A stretch of DNA of 64,000 nt from Camelus ferus (Eukaryota): NCBI RefSeq assembly GCF_009834535.1, contig NC_045697.1, positions 46,998,001-47,062,000 on the forward strand. The letters are read 5' to 3'. Shown piece by piece: positions 49,226 to 63,483 of the stretch. The translations under genes were made by a program, and so were the position numbers. The notes under the pieces are model-generated. The model was not told the DNA's origin. It made no database searches and was given only the letters and a program-made list of their open reading frames with translations. Position 1 is the stretch's first letter. Each line of letters begins with the position of its first letter.

Positions 49226-49285
49226 CAGCTGTTTGTCACTTATACCTCAATTTAAAAATAATAATAATAAAACAAAAACAACAAC
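49226..49285 (+). mobile_element. Minute L1 3'-terminal insertion with a mixed A-rich tail
   Basis: tgtcacttatacctcaatttaaaaataataataataaaacaaaaacaacaac flanked by aaaaacattga (49215-49225) / aaaaacactga (49286-49296). Confidence 0.65.
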
Positions 49286-49354
49286 AAAAACACTGATTGT
49301 TGAAGCCTCAACACTTGCTAGTACGTAGCGGTTTGGACAGATGCCCTGAGTTCT

Positions 49355-49506
49355 TTCTTTTTTTAAACACTTTTATTGTGATATGATTCCTGTACAGTAT
49401 ACTACACATATTTCAGATGTACAATTTGATGAATTTTGATAATCGTATATACCCATGAAACCACCACCACAATCAAGATAGCTACCATTTCCATCACCCA
49501 AGAGGT
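49355..49506 (-). mobile_element. Short L1 3'-end insertion (L1MA/MB-like)
   Basis: acttttattg...tgtacaatttgatgaattttga...cccatgaaaccaccaccacaatcaagatag. 18-bp TSD acagatgccctgagttct (49337-49354) / acaaatgccctgagttct (49507-49524). Confidence 0.9.
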
Positions 49507-50739
49507 ACAAATGCCCTGAGTTCTGAGTGCTGCATACCATGTGCTGAGGGTGGGGCAGGTGTTCCTGCAGCAGAACAGCCTGGCCCCTTGCTGCTCTGCA
49601 GCCTCCACAGCCCTGCCACAGTTAACCCACCGCTGAGAGGAGGGACAACCCCAGCACCCACCCACCGGTGCAATGCAAGGCACTACGAACAAAGCCAAGG
49701 GAAAAACTGTAGTGTCCTCCTGTCTTTTGATCTCCATACTTAGTCCCTCCTCTTTCGGTCCTCCTTCCTTCCACAACTATCATCCTCCTTGATTTCACAT
49801 ACACTCTCTTGGAAGTACCTGCCACTTGTCCAGGGACCACTCCCAACATACCTGGTAGCAAATAAGATCAAATATTATTTTTTGTGGAAACTATAACAAA
49901 ATGTAACACCTCTTGCAAAATACTGTCTGCCTGGTTGAAGCTGACTGAAATGTCTGCAAAAATATGAAGAGGGTGTGGGGCTGCAGGCCTTCACCAGCTG
50001 GCAAGGGCTGGTTTTACAACATCTCCTCCCAGCTCTGTGGTCAGGGAGCACAGGATGGAAGCTTGACACTGGCCAACATAGGAAAGTTGACAGCACAGAA
50101 ATCAGTAATGCTACAAAATCAAGACCTTTTTTCTTTCCTTTTCCCAGAGAGCCAGTTGTTTAACTTTGACCAGCACACCACACACGTATTGCTGTCCGTT
50201 GTGCAGAAGCACATTTGAATTCTGGGGCAAGGCCAGCCTTTGCGACATTGGAGTGGGTAGGTAGGGAGAAATATGACTCTGCATTGCATGATTTTCTATC
50301 TTCTTGCTGATAAATCTTCACTGAGAGTTTCCATGATGGATGTGCCTATTTAAGATTAATAGCCAAAGGGCAAGAAGCCTACCTCCTGATAAGTGCTCTT
50401 ATATCCGCACCCATGGTGGAACCAATAAATACTTACTAATCATTGTCTTATGATGATAAAACATAAAATTTAGTCACAGCACTTTTTAGTTTGTCTCAGA
50501 TTTGAAAGGGGCCCTTCTTACCAGAATGGGAATGGTCAAAAAAGACCTCAGCCATCCAGAGGCAATAAAGGAAACTGATGGGTTGCAGCTGCATTAAGTA
50601 ATGAGTTCAGAAATCTTTTGTTCATACTAAAGCACAGAAAACGCTAAAGCTTTATTGAAACAGCTAATATTGCTTTTCATTACTGAAGTCACTAAAAACT
50701 GTCTTGTCCCTTCATATACACGAGCTGTCCACCTTATCC

Positions 50740-51790
50740 ACTCCTGTGGCTTCAGCTGCCATGTGCCTGCTCTGGACTGCACACTCCCTTCTCCAGCCAG
50801 TTCTACCTTTTATACCTATACATCCAGCTGCTTACTGGACAGAACCACTTGCTTCTCCCACAGGCACCTCATGCTCAACATGGCCCAGGCTAAACTGACA
50901 GTCATCGGAGGCCCCTCGCAACCCAATCCTCCTCCCATGTCCTCTGTCTCAGACAATGGCTGTACCTTCCACCTGGGTGCCCAAGTACCACCCAAGAAGT
51001 CATCCTTAATACCTCTTTAGCCCTCACCTTTAACTCCTCCACCAATGAACAACGTAATCCTGCAGATCTTACCCTCTAAACATCCCTGTAGTCCATCCAC
51101 TTCTCCATCTATGCAGCTACTATGTCCATTCAAAGCACTGTCACATCTCGCCTTGACTATCCCACAGCCTGCACACTGGTTTTTCCCAGTGTCTGAACTT
51201 ATGTTTCTCCACTCTGCTCTCTGATTTCCCACAAGGCACTTCCCACAATGACTGGAAATCCCTCTAAAACAAACACCTGACCAGGTTACTCTCCTGCACA
51301 AATCCGTCAATGGCTTCCAGGACCTTTAACGTGAGCTACAAGCCCTGGCTGACCTGATTCCCGCTGACCTCTCCAGAGTCAATTCCCGATGTTCCCATAT
51401 CACACTCTACGATCGTGCTCTTCTGAATGTCCTTGGGTCATTTCAGTGTGCCGTGCTCTCCCTTGTCCTCGGGCTCCCAAGCATGTCACCTGAAATACTC
51501 TTACTGCTCTCCCCAAACTGTGCTGACTCCTACTCACCCTGCAAATTCAAGGCTAGACAGCACTGCCTCCAGGAAGCTTTCCTTGACCTCTCAAGGATGG
51601 CTGGTGGGATGGCCCCCCTCCTGGATGTTGCAGCAGGGCCCTACAAGCACTTCCCACAATGACTGCTAATCTCCCTGTTTCCTTCTCTAGCTTATAAAGT
51701 TTGTTCACTAGTGTATTGTCTATGCCCTGCAAGTGCTGTGCACATAATAAAGACTCGACAAATATTCATCAATTGCCCAGGTGAGCAAAA
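50740..51790 (+). mobile_element. LINE-2, ~1 kb 3' fragment
   Basis: ccagctgcttactggaca...caggcacctcatgctcaacatggccc; ctctcctgcacaaatccgtcaatggcttcc; cctccaggaagctttccttgacc. Confidence 0.85.
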
Positions 51791-52689
51791 TGGATTAAAA
51801 TTAACAATAAGTTCCAGTTATCAAGGCTCCATAGTGAGAGGGCTGTGCCTTCAAGATAAAGTGGGTCTCAGATTTTAAGAGTCCTTGGGCCTTCCCCACC
51901 TCCCAAATCTTCCCCATCATGTGCTCCTGCTGGCTTTGACTTCACATTTTCGGAAGCTTTGTCCTCACGCTTACCATGGTTTCTCTTGGGGACCTGCCGA
52001 CACAGTGTCTAACCTGCTTATACCCTGATTTGGGTTCTTGGTGTCCCCTATGTTATCCCAGAACCTAACTCTGAGCCCAGAAATCTCAGCCTCACCTTGA
52101 TTACTCTTCTGTGTATACTGGCAGCAACTTGAGATCATCTGCTGGGCATTTTTCTTCAAAATGCAAAAAGCCATCACTTAGTAGCAAAGCAGACACTGAA
52201 AGGCTATTTCAGAGGAATAATTCTTTTCTGACCGCAGGATCACATAGCTGTTTTGAGCATTGCATATAGAAGATTTTACTGTCTAAATCTCCTCCTTCAA
52301 CCCCTCTGAGTCATATTTCTCTTGTAGGAAGAGAGAGAGACTAAGTTCTGAGGAACTAAAATTGTATCTGATATTTATAACCAGTGTAACTGGGACCACA
52401 AAGTCAAGGCTATGAGCAAAGTAAAAAACTGCATGGGAAAGCCGAGGTGTAAAAAGAGATGAGCCGAGTTCAGAGGATCAGCAAAACAGAATGGGATCAG
52501 CGGCATCTACCCAAATCTGGGTACAAAACCAGAGGAAGATCAAAGCAAAAGAAAGATAAAAGTGTTAGGGAATCAAGAGGAAGGTGAAGGCAGTTTCAAG
52601 GCCACACCCTAGAGTGGCCATTTGTTTAAGTCACCAGGGAAAACTGAGGGTGTGAGTTGGTCCAGCACAAGGAGGCAGATGCAGAACTC

Positions 52690-52930
52690 AGGTGTATGAG
52701 AAACTGTTTGGCATTAATGACTACTTACAGCAGTGTGATCCTGAGCAAGCTACACAACTTCTCTGAACTTTAGTCTCCTCATCCGAAAAAAATGGGATTC
52801 ATTATCATGTACGCCTAATAGATCTATGGGAAGAACTGAGATAATATACAGAAAGTGCTTAGGCCATTACCCGGCAAATATTAAGTGTTTAATGAATAAC
52901 AGTGATTATTATTACTACTATTATTATTAT
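52690..52930 (+). mobile_element. MIR SINE with (TAT)n tail
   Basis: cttacagcagtgtgatcctgagcaagctacacaacttctctgaactttagtctcctcatccgaaaaaaatggga. Confidence 0.85.
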
Positions 52931-55146
52931 TACCATTTAGGTTGAAATTAATTCAGAGAGTGGCCCAGATCACACCCATGTATTTTTCTCCATGTACCAA
53001 CAGTATTAGTTAAAACTTATCCCAAGAACTCCTAGGCCCGTTGACCTACCTTTGGTAGGTCAATAATTAAATCACCCTGTTCCCCACTCCTAAGTTTGGA
53101 ACTAATGGAGAAATAGATGTGTAATTCAGACAGATGGAAATCAAAACATCAATTGTATTACTGGCAAAATCAGGCTGTAGAACATGGGTGAGATTTTCAG
53201 CCATAAACTTAGCTGGCACTTCCTTGAATCAGACTTGTATATCTGGACACAGGCACCTGGACCAGCACAGGGTGGAGCTGTGCTGCCAAGTTCACTGCCA
53301 AGCGAGGTGATCTGACAGGGTTGCACCCTCTGTGCAGGCCTGGGAGGGTCTGGGCAATGCTGTTTGCTTCTTCTCCCAACTCACTTGTCAAAGCAGGCTC
53401 TCCTCCTTCTCCAGGGGTTAAGAGGGGCCAGTAGGGATCCACAGCTCCCCTGATCAAGCTCCTCCCTGGAGACAGGAGTGGGGAATAAGTGCTCCCACCT
53501 AACATGGTCACAGCCACTGTGCCCTCCAAATGCTTGGTTCAGATCCTACCTTAGAATATGTATTGTCTCAGTCCACAGAAATCCATGGACCTATGGTCTT
53601 CATCAGCCTAACTTTGCTTTCTTGAAGGAAAGCACTATTACACTATTTGAGTGAATAACTTGCTGTGAGAGACACTGAAAGTCTGGACACTTTCCACAAT
53701 GGAAATTTCCTTGCACATCCTTGTCCCCTGCAGCCATTTCTCCCCACCATCTTGCACCTGGGCTTGGCCCCTAACACTTCCTCTCCAGCCCTCCCTGATA
53801 AATCCAAATTGCTCAATAATCATTGATCATCCATGGAATAAATTCTGTCTCCTCTGAGAACTGTCCTTAACCAAATGTTCCAGAAACTAGCTGAACTTCT
53901 GCTAGCCCCCACCCACTAAAGCCTTATCAAACATTCCACAACTTTCTGCAAGCTAAAACACCCCATCAGAGTTTCCTCAAGCTTGACATTCTCAAATAAA
54001 GACCCAGGCTAATGGTGCTCTGGTTTATCTTCTTCCACATTGGTTTTCTCTATTGGATCATTCTACTAGGTTCATGAGATCAAACTGGACCATGTTCAAT
54101 ATCATTATAATGCATCTTAAATGCAATATATGCATCTATCAAACCTTAGAGAAGTAGAAAATTCTAGGCTGACTGAGAGAAAGGGGCTATTGGCTTCACA
54201 AGTAAACCAGGTTACCTTAAGTGTCCCCTTGTGGTCTGACGCTGATAACCGCCTATTTAATTGTGGCCTTCTCAGCAAATTCAAACAGTTTAATCTATTA
54301 ACCTCATTGTGATTTTAAGCTTGACATGGCAAAATGATGTGTTAGAGGTTCCACCCCAAAAAAAGTCAAGGATGATGAATAAAAAAAAAAATTGACTTCA
54401 CCAGCATAATCAAATCAACATAATCCATTGTCTGCAGTACTCATTGCTTCAACAAGTCAAAAGATTCCTTGCTTACAACCTGTTCTGTGCAGGAAAAATC
54501 AAATGGTAGAATATGACAATAGCAATGCATTTTATGGTGCTTCAGATGGCCGGGCAGTGAAACCATCCCCGAGTCACTGAGTCCAGACTGCTTAAAGTTA
54601 AAGCAGTAGTATTATCAGAGAATGAGGAGAGAATGAGCCTGTGGCCCCATGCGGGGCCCATTCACCATGGTGCGTTTGTGAGACCGAGTATCCGAACAAG
54701 ATAATGTTCTCCTCACCATTTTGACTGGTCAATTTGGATGACATATTTTGGGCATCTCTGCTGATTCCATGACTGTAACTTGTACACCGTCCACAAATCC
54801 CCATCTGCAGCTACAGATGGTCCACAATTTTTTTCCAGTGTTTATAACAGCTCTTGGAGGTGGGGGTGGGGAGAATGAAGGTTTTGCAGCCAAGCTGCCC
54901 TTGTCAGGTGAGCGTTCAGTCCTACTGAACTACAGCACTTCCAAAAAGCAAATTTACAGGCCTATACTTACTCAGTGCTGGCAAAACATGTCCCAAGAAT
55001 TACACTGCAGATATAGACAAACGGTACCTAGCAGGAAGTCATCTTTGGTACATCGCATGCCATTGATCTTTAGAAACTGTTGATTGCAGGGATGGTTTCC
55101 TTTCAGAATAATTTACATTTCCAATTATGGCTTGGATACCATTAAG

Positions 55147-55349
55147 CTGTGCCCTCCAATACAATAGCCATTAGCCACACTTAGTTATTTAAAGTAACTA
55201 ACACTTAATAATACTAAAAATTCAGTTCTTCCATCACACTAGACACACATAAAGGACCCAATAGCCACATGTGGCTTGTGGCTACTGCACTGGACTACAC
55301 AGAAACAGAGCACTTCTATTACCACAGAAATTTCTATTGGATAGTGCTG
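55147..55349. mobile_element. MER3/MER33-like hAT-Charlie DNA transposon fossil
   Basis: Terminal inverted repeats ctgtgccctccaat ... attggatagtgctg. Internal aatagccacatgtggcttgtggctac. Confidence 0.85.
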
Positions 55350-56859
55350 CCTATGAGGAAAATGGCTTTATCAACAGTGAATATTTTTCCATAATTTTTA
55401 TTGACTCTCAACACCTCTTAAGTTGCCCAATGCTTTTTTTTTCCTTTCCCACAAACATCTTACAAGAGATTTTTACAATAGGATCAATGGCTTCTTTTTG
55501 GAAGGCACAAGGATGACAGTCCTAAAATATCCTGAAAACCTGTGGTGACCCATTGTCTCCAGACAACTAAATAACTGAATACTAGGTTTGAGACTCCTGC
55601 TTTCTTTGTCGAACTGAGATGACATGTAGACTTAGAAGAGCTGTATTGCTCAGTTGACTTTCTCTTCTTTGACCAGTTCACATTTATTAATAGCTAACTG
55701 GGAAGGACCTCCTGGTCTACCTTACTTAATGCGCATATTAGCCAGCAGAATGCTAAGCATTCCCTATTCTAACCGTCATAACACAGGTGTATTGTTCTTA
55801 TCTTATCCACATCCCAGTTTCATTTATGAGAAAATTAATATTGAGAGAAGTTAGCTTATTGACTTATTAAAATAATTCAGCAGAGCCAAGACATAAGCCA
55901 GGTCTATCTGACAACACTCTTTGCCTCTAACTACCAGGGAAGACTGTCTCTTGTTGAGTTAGAAGCCTTATGAAAGCTCATGGGAGCTTATCCAAACAAT
56001 GCATCAGTGAGCACACCTGTATTATGATCCCTTAATTCTTTCCATGTAGTTTATGATGCAAGAAAGAAACATGCTCTAGTAGCTACACCAATCACTGGCT
56101 TTCAAATCTGATACTTTTAACTCTACCCAGAATCACGAGTAAGTGAGGAAAACTTCCCATAAATCCAGGGAAATCCTTAATTGCTCACCTGGCACTGCAA
56201 ATGACAATAGCTTACACTCATAAACACAAACAAAAAAGTTAGGCAAATAATGTTTACAGCTTTTATCTTTTGTTGGTGGATAGTTTCCCCTGCTCCCTTC
56301 TTTTCAAAAAAGAAATATCATTGATGTTGAAAAATTATATGTAATAAACACATTAAGAGATGACTGAAAGAAAAGTCTGCCATTTCTCCATCAAGGATTT
56401 AATCGTGTAGTTTTTCACAAGAAAACTGACTCACATTGTTGGTGTCATTAACAAAATTTCCCTTCTGCCAACTGTTGTACTTTTTGTTTTGTGCCAGTTG
56501 GCTGCTGTCTTCGATAGCTAAGGCAGCTGCATTTCAGCAGAGAAAGAGGCACAGAGAGATTAAAAAGCCTGCTAGGATTTCTCAAAATGAAAGGAGTTGT
56601 GTGCCTGTGTGTACACACAAAAAGGGTGTAAATAAACCTTCTCTTGCAAAGGTATAGGGCTTATGTCATAAGAGAGGGTATAGACAAGCTAATGGAAACC
56701 TTTAAGGAGAAAACCTCAGAACAGTGTAGCTACCTCTAGAGTTTAGTCTTGTCATCTTCAGGTGAAAAATGATACTTTTATTATTGCTGATGTTATTACC
56801 CTACTTCAAATCTGTGTCACTATCACACAGGACACTATCACAAAGGACAGCACTGTATG

Positions 56860-57070
56860 CCTCTGAGTGTTGTGCACTGCACAACACAAAGGGGAACTAG
56901 TCACATGAAAGAGATCATATATTTGTATATTTATTTAAATAACAAAGTAAATTATCCTTTAAAAAACCAAGATATTATGATAATTTTCCATCAAATGATA
57001 GCAAAGTTTTTGAGGAAAGGGTGCCTTTTAAAATACATTCGAAGTTGACACAGGAGCTAGTTAGTGGTTG
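56860..57070. mobile_element. Possible hAT-Tip100 (MER91-like) fossil with internal palindrome
   Basis: Perfect palindrome gtgttgtgca-c-tgcacaacac at 56867-56887. Family assignment is from recall only. Confidence 0.35.
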
Positions 57071-57073
57071 TTT

Positions 57074-57107
57074 TTTAATAATTCTACATATTTAATAATT
57101 CTACATA
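57074..57107. repeat. Perfect 17-bp tandem duplication (tttaataattctacata x2)
   Basis: Direct reading. Confidence 0.92.
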
Positions 57108-57259
57108 TCTCATCCTTTTTTTAAGACAGAAGAATACACTTGTTAACATTTTGATTGAGTCTTTTATCCCAGGAAGTTACTTTTAAACTTTTAATTAAAA
57201 TAAAACATATTCAAGGACCTGATTATTTGAATCATTATAAACCTGCAAATCATTAAAGT

Positions 57260-57350
57260 GTTCATTTATTCATTCGTCCATCCAACAGGTATTTGTTAAA
57301 TGTCTTTTATGAGCCTGGCAACATGCTAGGTGCTGGGCATTTAACAATAG
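57260..57350 (-). mobile_element. LINE-2 3' terminus
   Basis: ttcatttattcattcgtccatccaacaggtatttgttaaatgtcttttatgagcctggcaacatgctaggtgctggg. Confidence 0.8.
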
Positions 57351-57369
57351 TTAAAATTCAAGGCGGCTT

Positions 57370-58340
57370 TAAGTTGATAAATGTAAAGCAATACTTAAAA
57401 AATGCCAAAAAGGCTTTTTGTAGAACTAAACAGGTTTATAAAAAGTTCATATTTTAAAAATAAGCATGCAAGAATAATTATAAAAGTAATGGAAAAAGAG
57501 CTATCTAGGGAGAAGACATACGAGATATTAAACATACTATAAATAAAACAGAAGACTCTGGCACATGAATAGTTAGACGAGAAGAATAGAATAGAAAATC
57601 CAGAAACAGACTCAAATATACATGGACATTTACTATATAATATAGGTATCATGGGCATAGATATAGTTTTTAATAATTATTTTGGTATTACAGAATATTT
57701 GGAAAAAGATAAAATAGAATATCTCACATCATATACAAAAATGAATTCCAGTGAATCAGATCTAATGTAAAAAAAAAAGAAAGAAACTGTACATATACTA
57801 GAAGAAAGTAAGTGGGAAAAAACTTTCTAACTATGACTTAAAAATCCAGGTTCAATAAAAGAAAATAATGATTATTTATTATTATTATTATAAATTTATT
57901 ACATATGAGTTTAAGAAAATATCATTAGCAAAATAAAAAAATCAGGGGAAAATAGTTACAAACATAAAGTGGGAAAAGAGTTAATGTCTCTAGTAAATAA
58001 AGAACTCTTAAAAACAGGGAAAGACTCAGAAACCTGATAGAAAAATGAGCAAAATATGTAAGTAGACAACTGACAAAAAATTATTAAAAGATGACACATA
58101 AACATGTGAAAAGATGTTCAACTTCACTTATATATAAAAAAAGAAAGAAAAATTAAAAAATTAAAACTACACTGAATATTTCTCACCTGACCAAGGAGAA
58201 AAAAATTCAAAAGCTTGACAGCATAATGTGTTGGCGAGGCTGTGGGGAAACAGACATTCTGATACATTACTGCTGGGAATGAAGAACAGTGCATAATGGG
58301 AAGGGAAGTTTACCAGTATCTAAAAAAAAAAAACCTAAAA
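57370..58340 (+). mobile_element. Decayed L1 (L1MC/ME-like) ORF2 3' fragment
   Basis: gaatagaatagaaaatccagaaacagactcaaatatacatgg; aaaagatgttcaacttcact; tgttggcgaggctgtggggaaacagacattctgatacattactgctgggaatg. Confidence 0.88.
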
Positions 58341-59224
58341 ATATCTAAAAAATCACTGTGCAATTGGCTCTGAATTGGGCCTCAGTCAGGGCGAAGTGGT
58401 ATTATTTATTGGACCACTTCAGACCTCAACGTGAGACTCTGAGATCACAGCAGGGAGAAGGGAACTCACTGTGTTGCACGTGATAGCTGACTCTTTACTT
58501 AGGCCTCTTGGTGAGTGCTTGCAGCTCTGACAGTAAATACAGCCCTATGTGTATTTCTTTCTATGGAAAGTGAAGCTGAGTTATATCCCCAAAGTGACCC
58601 AGCTAACAAACAATGAAGCCAGAATCAACCCCAGGTTGGCCTCCTGCAGGAACTCTTGTCTCCTCTGCACGAGGCCACCTCGTACCTCATAAAGATAAAC
58701 CGTGCAGAGTCCTGAGGGACTCCAGCTTAGCTGCAAAGGCCAGTCCTGCTCTTGGGTCCCCAAAACACTTCCTGCTTTCTACCACAACCATGACGTTTTA
58801 ATCTGCCTCCTAAAGGTCTGGCATTTCTAGAACATTCCTGGAAAGCATCCTGACTTCCTGTTTCTTCATAATCTAAATGTCTACACCTAGCCTCATACAA
58901 GAGATATATACTGGAATAATTTTTAAAGTACTAGAAGAGAAGGCTTGCTACTTAAAGGAAATATTTTGTAAAGCAAATAATTCTTCAGTGATTCAAATAT
59001 TTATCCCTGATGTTTTTATAAATTTAAATATTTAAATGAAGGGTTTCTGGTCATTAGAACATAGCAATTTTATAACTATTTTGATCACAGAGCTATTTTT
59101 AACTTTGATATGAAAAACTGAATAGTGTTACACTTTTCTCATCTTTAAAATTAGAAGGTTGGAGTTGAACTTGATATTTTAAAAGGCTGCATCCAACATG
59201 AAAAACCTATTTATTAATTTCTGA

Positions 59225-59430
59225 ACTCTGCAAAGCACTTCATCACTGTCAAAATATTTTAGAATGCATTCTCATTAAATCCTGACAATAACCCTGATTC
59301 GGCAGAGAGTGGTTATTATCTCCATGCTCCTGATGGGAACCCAGGCTTCAACCCGCTCTGTATTGTGGCTTGGATTTCAGCATAGAGGAAGCTAGAGCCC
59401 AGGATTTCCAGCTCCCAGCCCCACATCTTT
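59225..59430 (-). mobile_element. MIR fragment
   Basis: tctcattaaatcctgacaataaccctg...ttattatctccatg...gatgggaacccaggct. Confidence 0.6.
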
Positions 59431-62400
59431 CCGCAACCTGGAAATGCATGTCTTGAATTCTGGGTCTATACAGAGACATGGTCCTCCTTCAGCAGTTGGG
59501 GAAATGTAGCTTTACCAATAACCTAGACACTAAGAGAGACAGTCAATAGTCAGGGCTGCCAAGAGAGTTTGCTCCAGTAGGGAAAAAAAAAAAGGGGGTG
59601 TGTATGTGTGGAGGGGGTCAGGGGTACTCCTTAACAGGAAGAAAAGGCTGAAAACAGAAAAATGAAGCAGAATGTGGATTGATACCAAACATCATCAGGC
59701 CAAGGGCCCAATAATTTGTACCACCTGCCTTGATGCCCTACCCACATCTTTCTCCTACACAGACCCCTGCAGACAGTGTTCCATGTGCATCTTCTTCAAA
59801 GTGCAATCCCAGGCCATTCTGTACAGAGAGAGGAGTGAAGGCCAAAGAAGCGTGGGGCACGCTGGCAGGAAGTAAGAAGCATTTGAGAACATCCAGTGCT
59901 CAGGCTACTGTGCTCCAGTGAGTAGCCTGCCAGTCAGTATAGGTGCAATTAAAGTTTGCTTTCTATCCATGTCTTTAGAAGCTGCTGAGCGGATGCTGGG
60001 ATGAATGATCAGGAGTTCAGGGCATCTTCCAGGTAGAAGGAAACATTTAAACAGTCTCAGGTTGTGATAACAGCAGTGGTTCTGCATATGATTGTATCTG
60101 GGGGCCTTTTTCCTTGACCAGTGCTCTAAGATAACGTTTATTAGAAAATCAACTTATTGGACCTTCATAATGGTACTGAAAATGAAACACATAGTAAAAA
60201 TAAATGAATAAGAAGTCAGGTTTGAGGTCTATGGAAGCAATACATGTGATCTGTACCAAAACAGCTGCACACTTTCACAAAAGCTTATATCTAAAACTGG
60301 AATGCACATTATCATTTTTCAAATGTTTTCAAATAGAATTCCCCCAGTGATCTTGTGAAGTAGCAGGCATTTGAGGGAACTCTTTAATTGAACTACATAT
60401 ACAACCAGAAAAGCATCCAGATCACTGGGCCATCACACAGCCTGAGGAATCTTCCCAAAGTAAACACAACTGCGGAAACCATGCCCAGTTTAAGAAAGAG
60501 AAAACTGGCAGCACCCCAGAAGCCCCACAGTTAACCGAAGTCCCTCCTGACACTTCCCCACGGAAGAAAGCACTCCTCTGACTCCTCACAGCACAGCTGC
60601 ATTTTGACATGTGTTCTCAGTTTTCCTCTTAAAGATGAGGAAACTAGTGTTTAGAAAGCTGCAGTGGCCTTTCCACAGTCACACAAGTCTCCAGCCAACC
60701 AGTCTGCTCTCCTCACTCCTAACCGAGGGCCCTGTTCTCTATCGCATGCTGCTAGATTCTCCTTCAATTTCCTGGAAAACAGAGGTGATTTTTGTACCCT
60801 ACTTGTTGTGCATGTCCATTTAATACTGAGAGCAGCTGCAATGATTAATTTGAATATGCATGTCAAAATATGATTTGTTATAAGAATATTCCCAGCAGCA
60901 AACACTACTCCTGCTTGCTGCCTATCTACCCTTTGTTATAAATGGACTCATACTGGAAAAAGAAAATTTCTTACTAATTTTTAGTCCTAACATCACTTAG
61001 CTAAATAATTATATTCATGTCATCTTTGGAATGCAACATTACTAATATATTTTTCTTTTTCAAATCCTGGTGAAATACTCAAATATTTTCTAAAGGAGAA
61101 AAACTTCCAAGCAAGTAGCTACAAGAGAAATATAAAAACAGTGTAATCCTGACAACTACCAGATAACAACAGTTAGTAGTCTCTATAAAGAAATAGTGCA
61201 TTTCTTCGAAAAAATTAATGCAATTAAAATTTTAACCTCCCTCTATTTTTCTCTGATGGGCAGACATTTAAATGAGTTGATCTTACTCTTTTCTTTCAAC
61301 TTGAGGAAAAAGAATTTGTCATAACACTGATGACTTTTCAAAGCCATCACCTTACAACTTCCAAATATTACAGAGTAAGCTTAGTCCAAAAATTACTTTG
61401 AAGAATCAAAATATTTTGTTTAACGTAGAATAATTCTGATACTAACCTCAGAATTTGGCCAACAGATCAGAATTCACACAAGCCTTAGCTTTTAAAAAAG
61501 TGAAGTGATGACTGCTCTGCTAACACTTTTCATATAACTGCAGATAACGAGCCTACAATAGCTGAAGACTATTAAGATTATGCAGAAAAAACCTCATCCC
61601 TGAAAGAGTGGGTAAGCAAAAGGTTTCACTTCCTTTTTAATGTCAGCATTAGAAACCAACTGGAAAATAGAAAAAGTAAAAACAACTTCTGCATGAGGTA
61701 ATATAGAGGCACCATTCTTCTGATTGCCCTGAATTATTCAAAAATATAATGAAATTCCAGGAAACATCAGATGCTGCGGGTACATGAAGATAATTTTGTT
61801 TTTATAACCAATTTCAGGCAGATAAATATTAGAATCCTTTCCAATTTCTCCCTTATGAAACCGAAGTGTCACCAAGATTTACAGCCCCTCAAGTTCCCTT
61901 TTCCGAGGAACATTCATTTACATAAACAGATAATCCTAGATAAAAATTTCCATTAGACAAAGGTGAAATGGATCAATTTTCTCTGCCAAGACAAATCTTA
62001 AATCTTGAACAGATAGGGTCATTATTACACCAGCCCCATTTCAGAAATAATGTATTTTTAAAAAATCAGCCGATAGCAGCCATTTCCAGCTTTCCAATTA
62101 TCTTTAAGAAAAGCTTATTCTGTGGACAATAAAGCACATTACTGCACAATATGATACAGTCCATAAAGATCACAATGTTTTATGAAAGGTTAAAGAAAGC
62201 TCAGCACATTTAGGGGAATGTCATAACCCGCAAAGTCTTTCAAGACTCAGCTGCAGCCGTGGGCAGGCTGTGCAAACATTGTGCTAGGCGATGCAGAATT
62301 CCTTTTTCAGTATCAAAACAGTGAAAAAGAAAGCATATGCCAGGATGCTTCTATTGTGAAACCTGGGATTTCTACAGATAAGATGAGAGAGGAAATGAAA

Positions 62401-63483
62401 CCACAAGAAGTATCTCTCTTCATTTCTGAAGCCATCAGATTCACTCAATAGGAGAGTTCTATGCTGACAAGAAGGCAACTCTATTTTCTTGGAACCCAGT
62501 GCCAGCTTTCTTGTTTTCTCTTCAAGCAACTTTTTTCATGCTGTTTCATCAATATTAACAAAAACTACAGCAAATAAGGAAAAAGGTCTCTGACTTTTTC
62601 CCCATCCTTCATAAAATGCCCTAGTAGTTTTAAACGACTAAGGAGGAAGGGATGTGTGCCGTGATATTCAAAGTTATAATTAAGTAAAGGAAATTAAAAA
62701 TTCTCAGATGCCTGATAAAAGATTGTTTCACTATAAGAGTATGGGGATTTAGAGATCAACCCATTTTCTTCTTCTGTACTAACGAACCACTGCAAGAAAC
62801 GGTTTCAGAGGCTATTGCTCCCTTATCAAATTGAGAAGAAGAACTCACTCCACAGAGAGAACTGATCAGCTACTATGGGCAAGGCTACAAAAGGGAAAGG
62901 GCATAAAGGAGACTCAATCTCAGTCCCTCAAGAAATTGATGCATATCAAAGGGGGTGGGGGTTGGACCACTTAAAGGAATGTTATATTTAGCTTAAAATT
63001 AGAATGAAGAACAAGATGGAAAATGATCCCGTCAGATTCATTCAACCTACCAGAACCGTAAGAACAAAGTGATGCTGCAAACATCTGAAATCATAGTTTA
63101 AGGTAAATAAAAGCTTTGAAGAAGCTTAAGAGAGTCCCTGATACTTAACTCCACACTATCCAGGGATGGGGGAAACAGCTGTATCTTTTAAATACCATGA
63201 AAAAGAAAAGAAGTCATCATGAGAGGACCCACTGATGTCTAAATTATTATTTTTAAAAATTGGTTGTTAAATAAAATTCAGTTGCTTCATATCAAGTACA
63301 AGATTTTATAATTTTGAGATTATACAACTAACACTGAGTTTAGGAAATAAATTACCCTTGACATCATCATAATCCAAACAGACACTTAGGCCATATTTAA
63401 ATATTTTATTTAAAGGAAACAGCAGAGGCTGAGCTAAATATGCTCCGTTTATTCTTCCAATAAGATAAATACCTTAGAAGATG

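Noticed and set aside
54598..54804. Minus-strand exon candidate (ctgcag|atgggg...aaaatg|gtgagg)
   Set aside because: The acceptor has no polypyrimidine tract and the translations match nothing I recognise.
61505..61565. C/D-box snoRNA (GTGATGA ... CTGA)
   Set aside because: No terminal stem and no recognisable rRNA or snRNA antisense element; such box pairs occur by chance in 64 kb.
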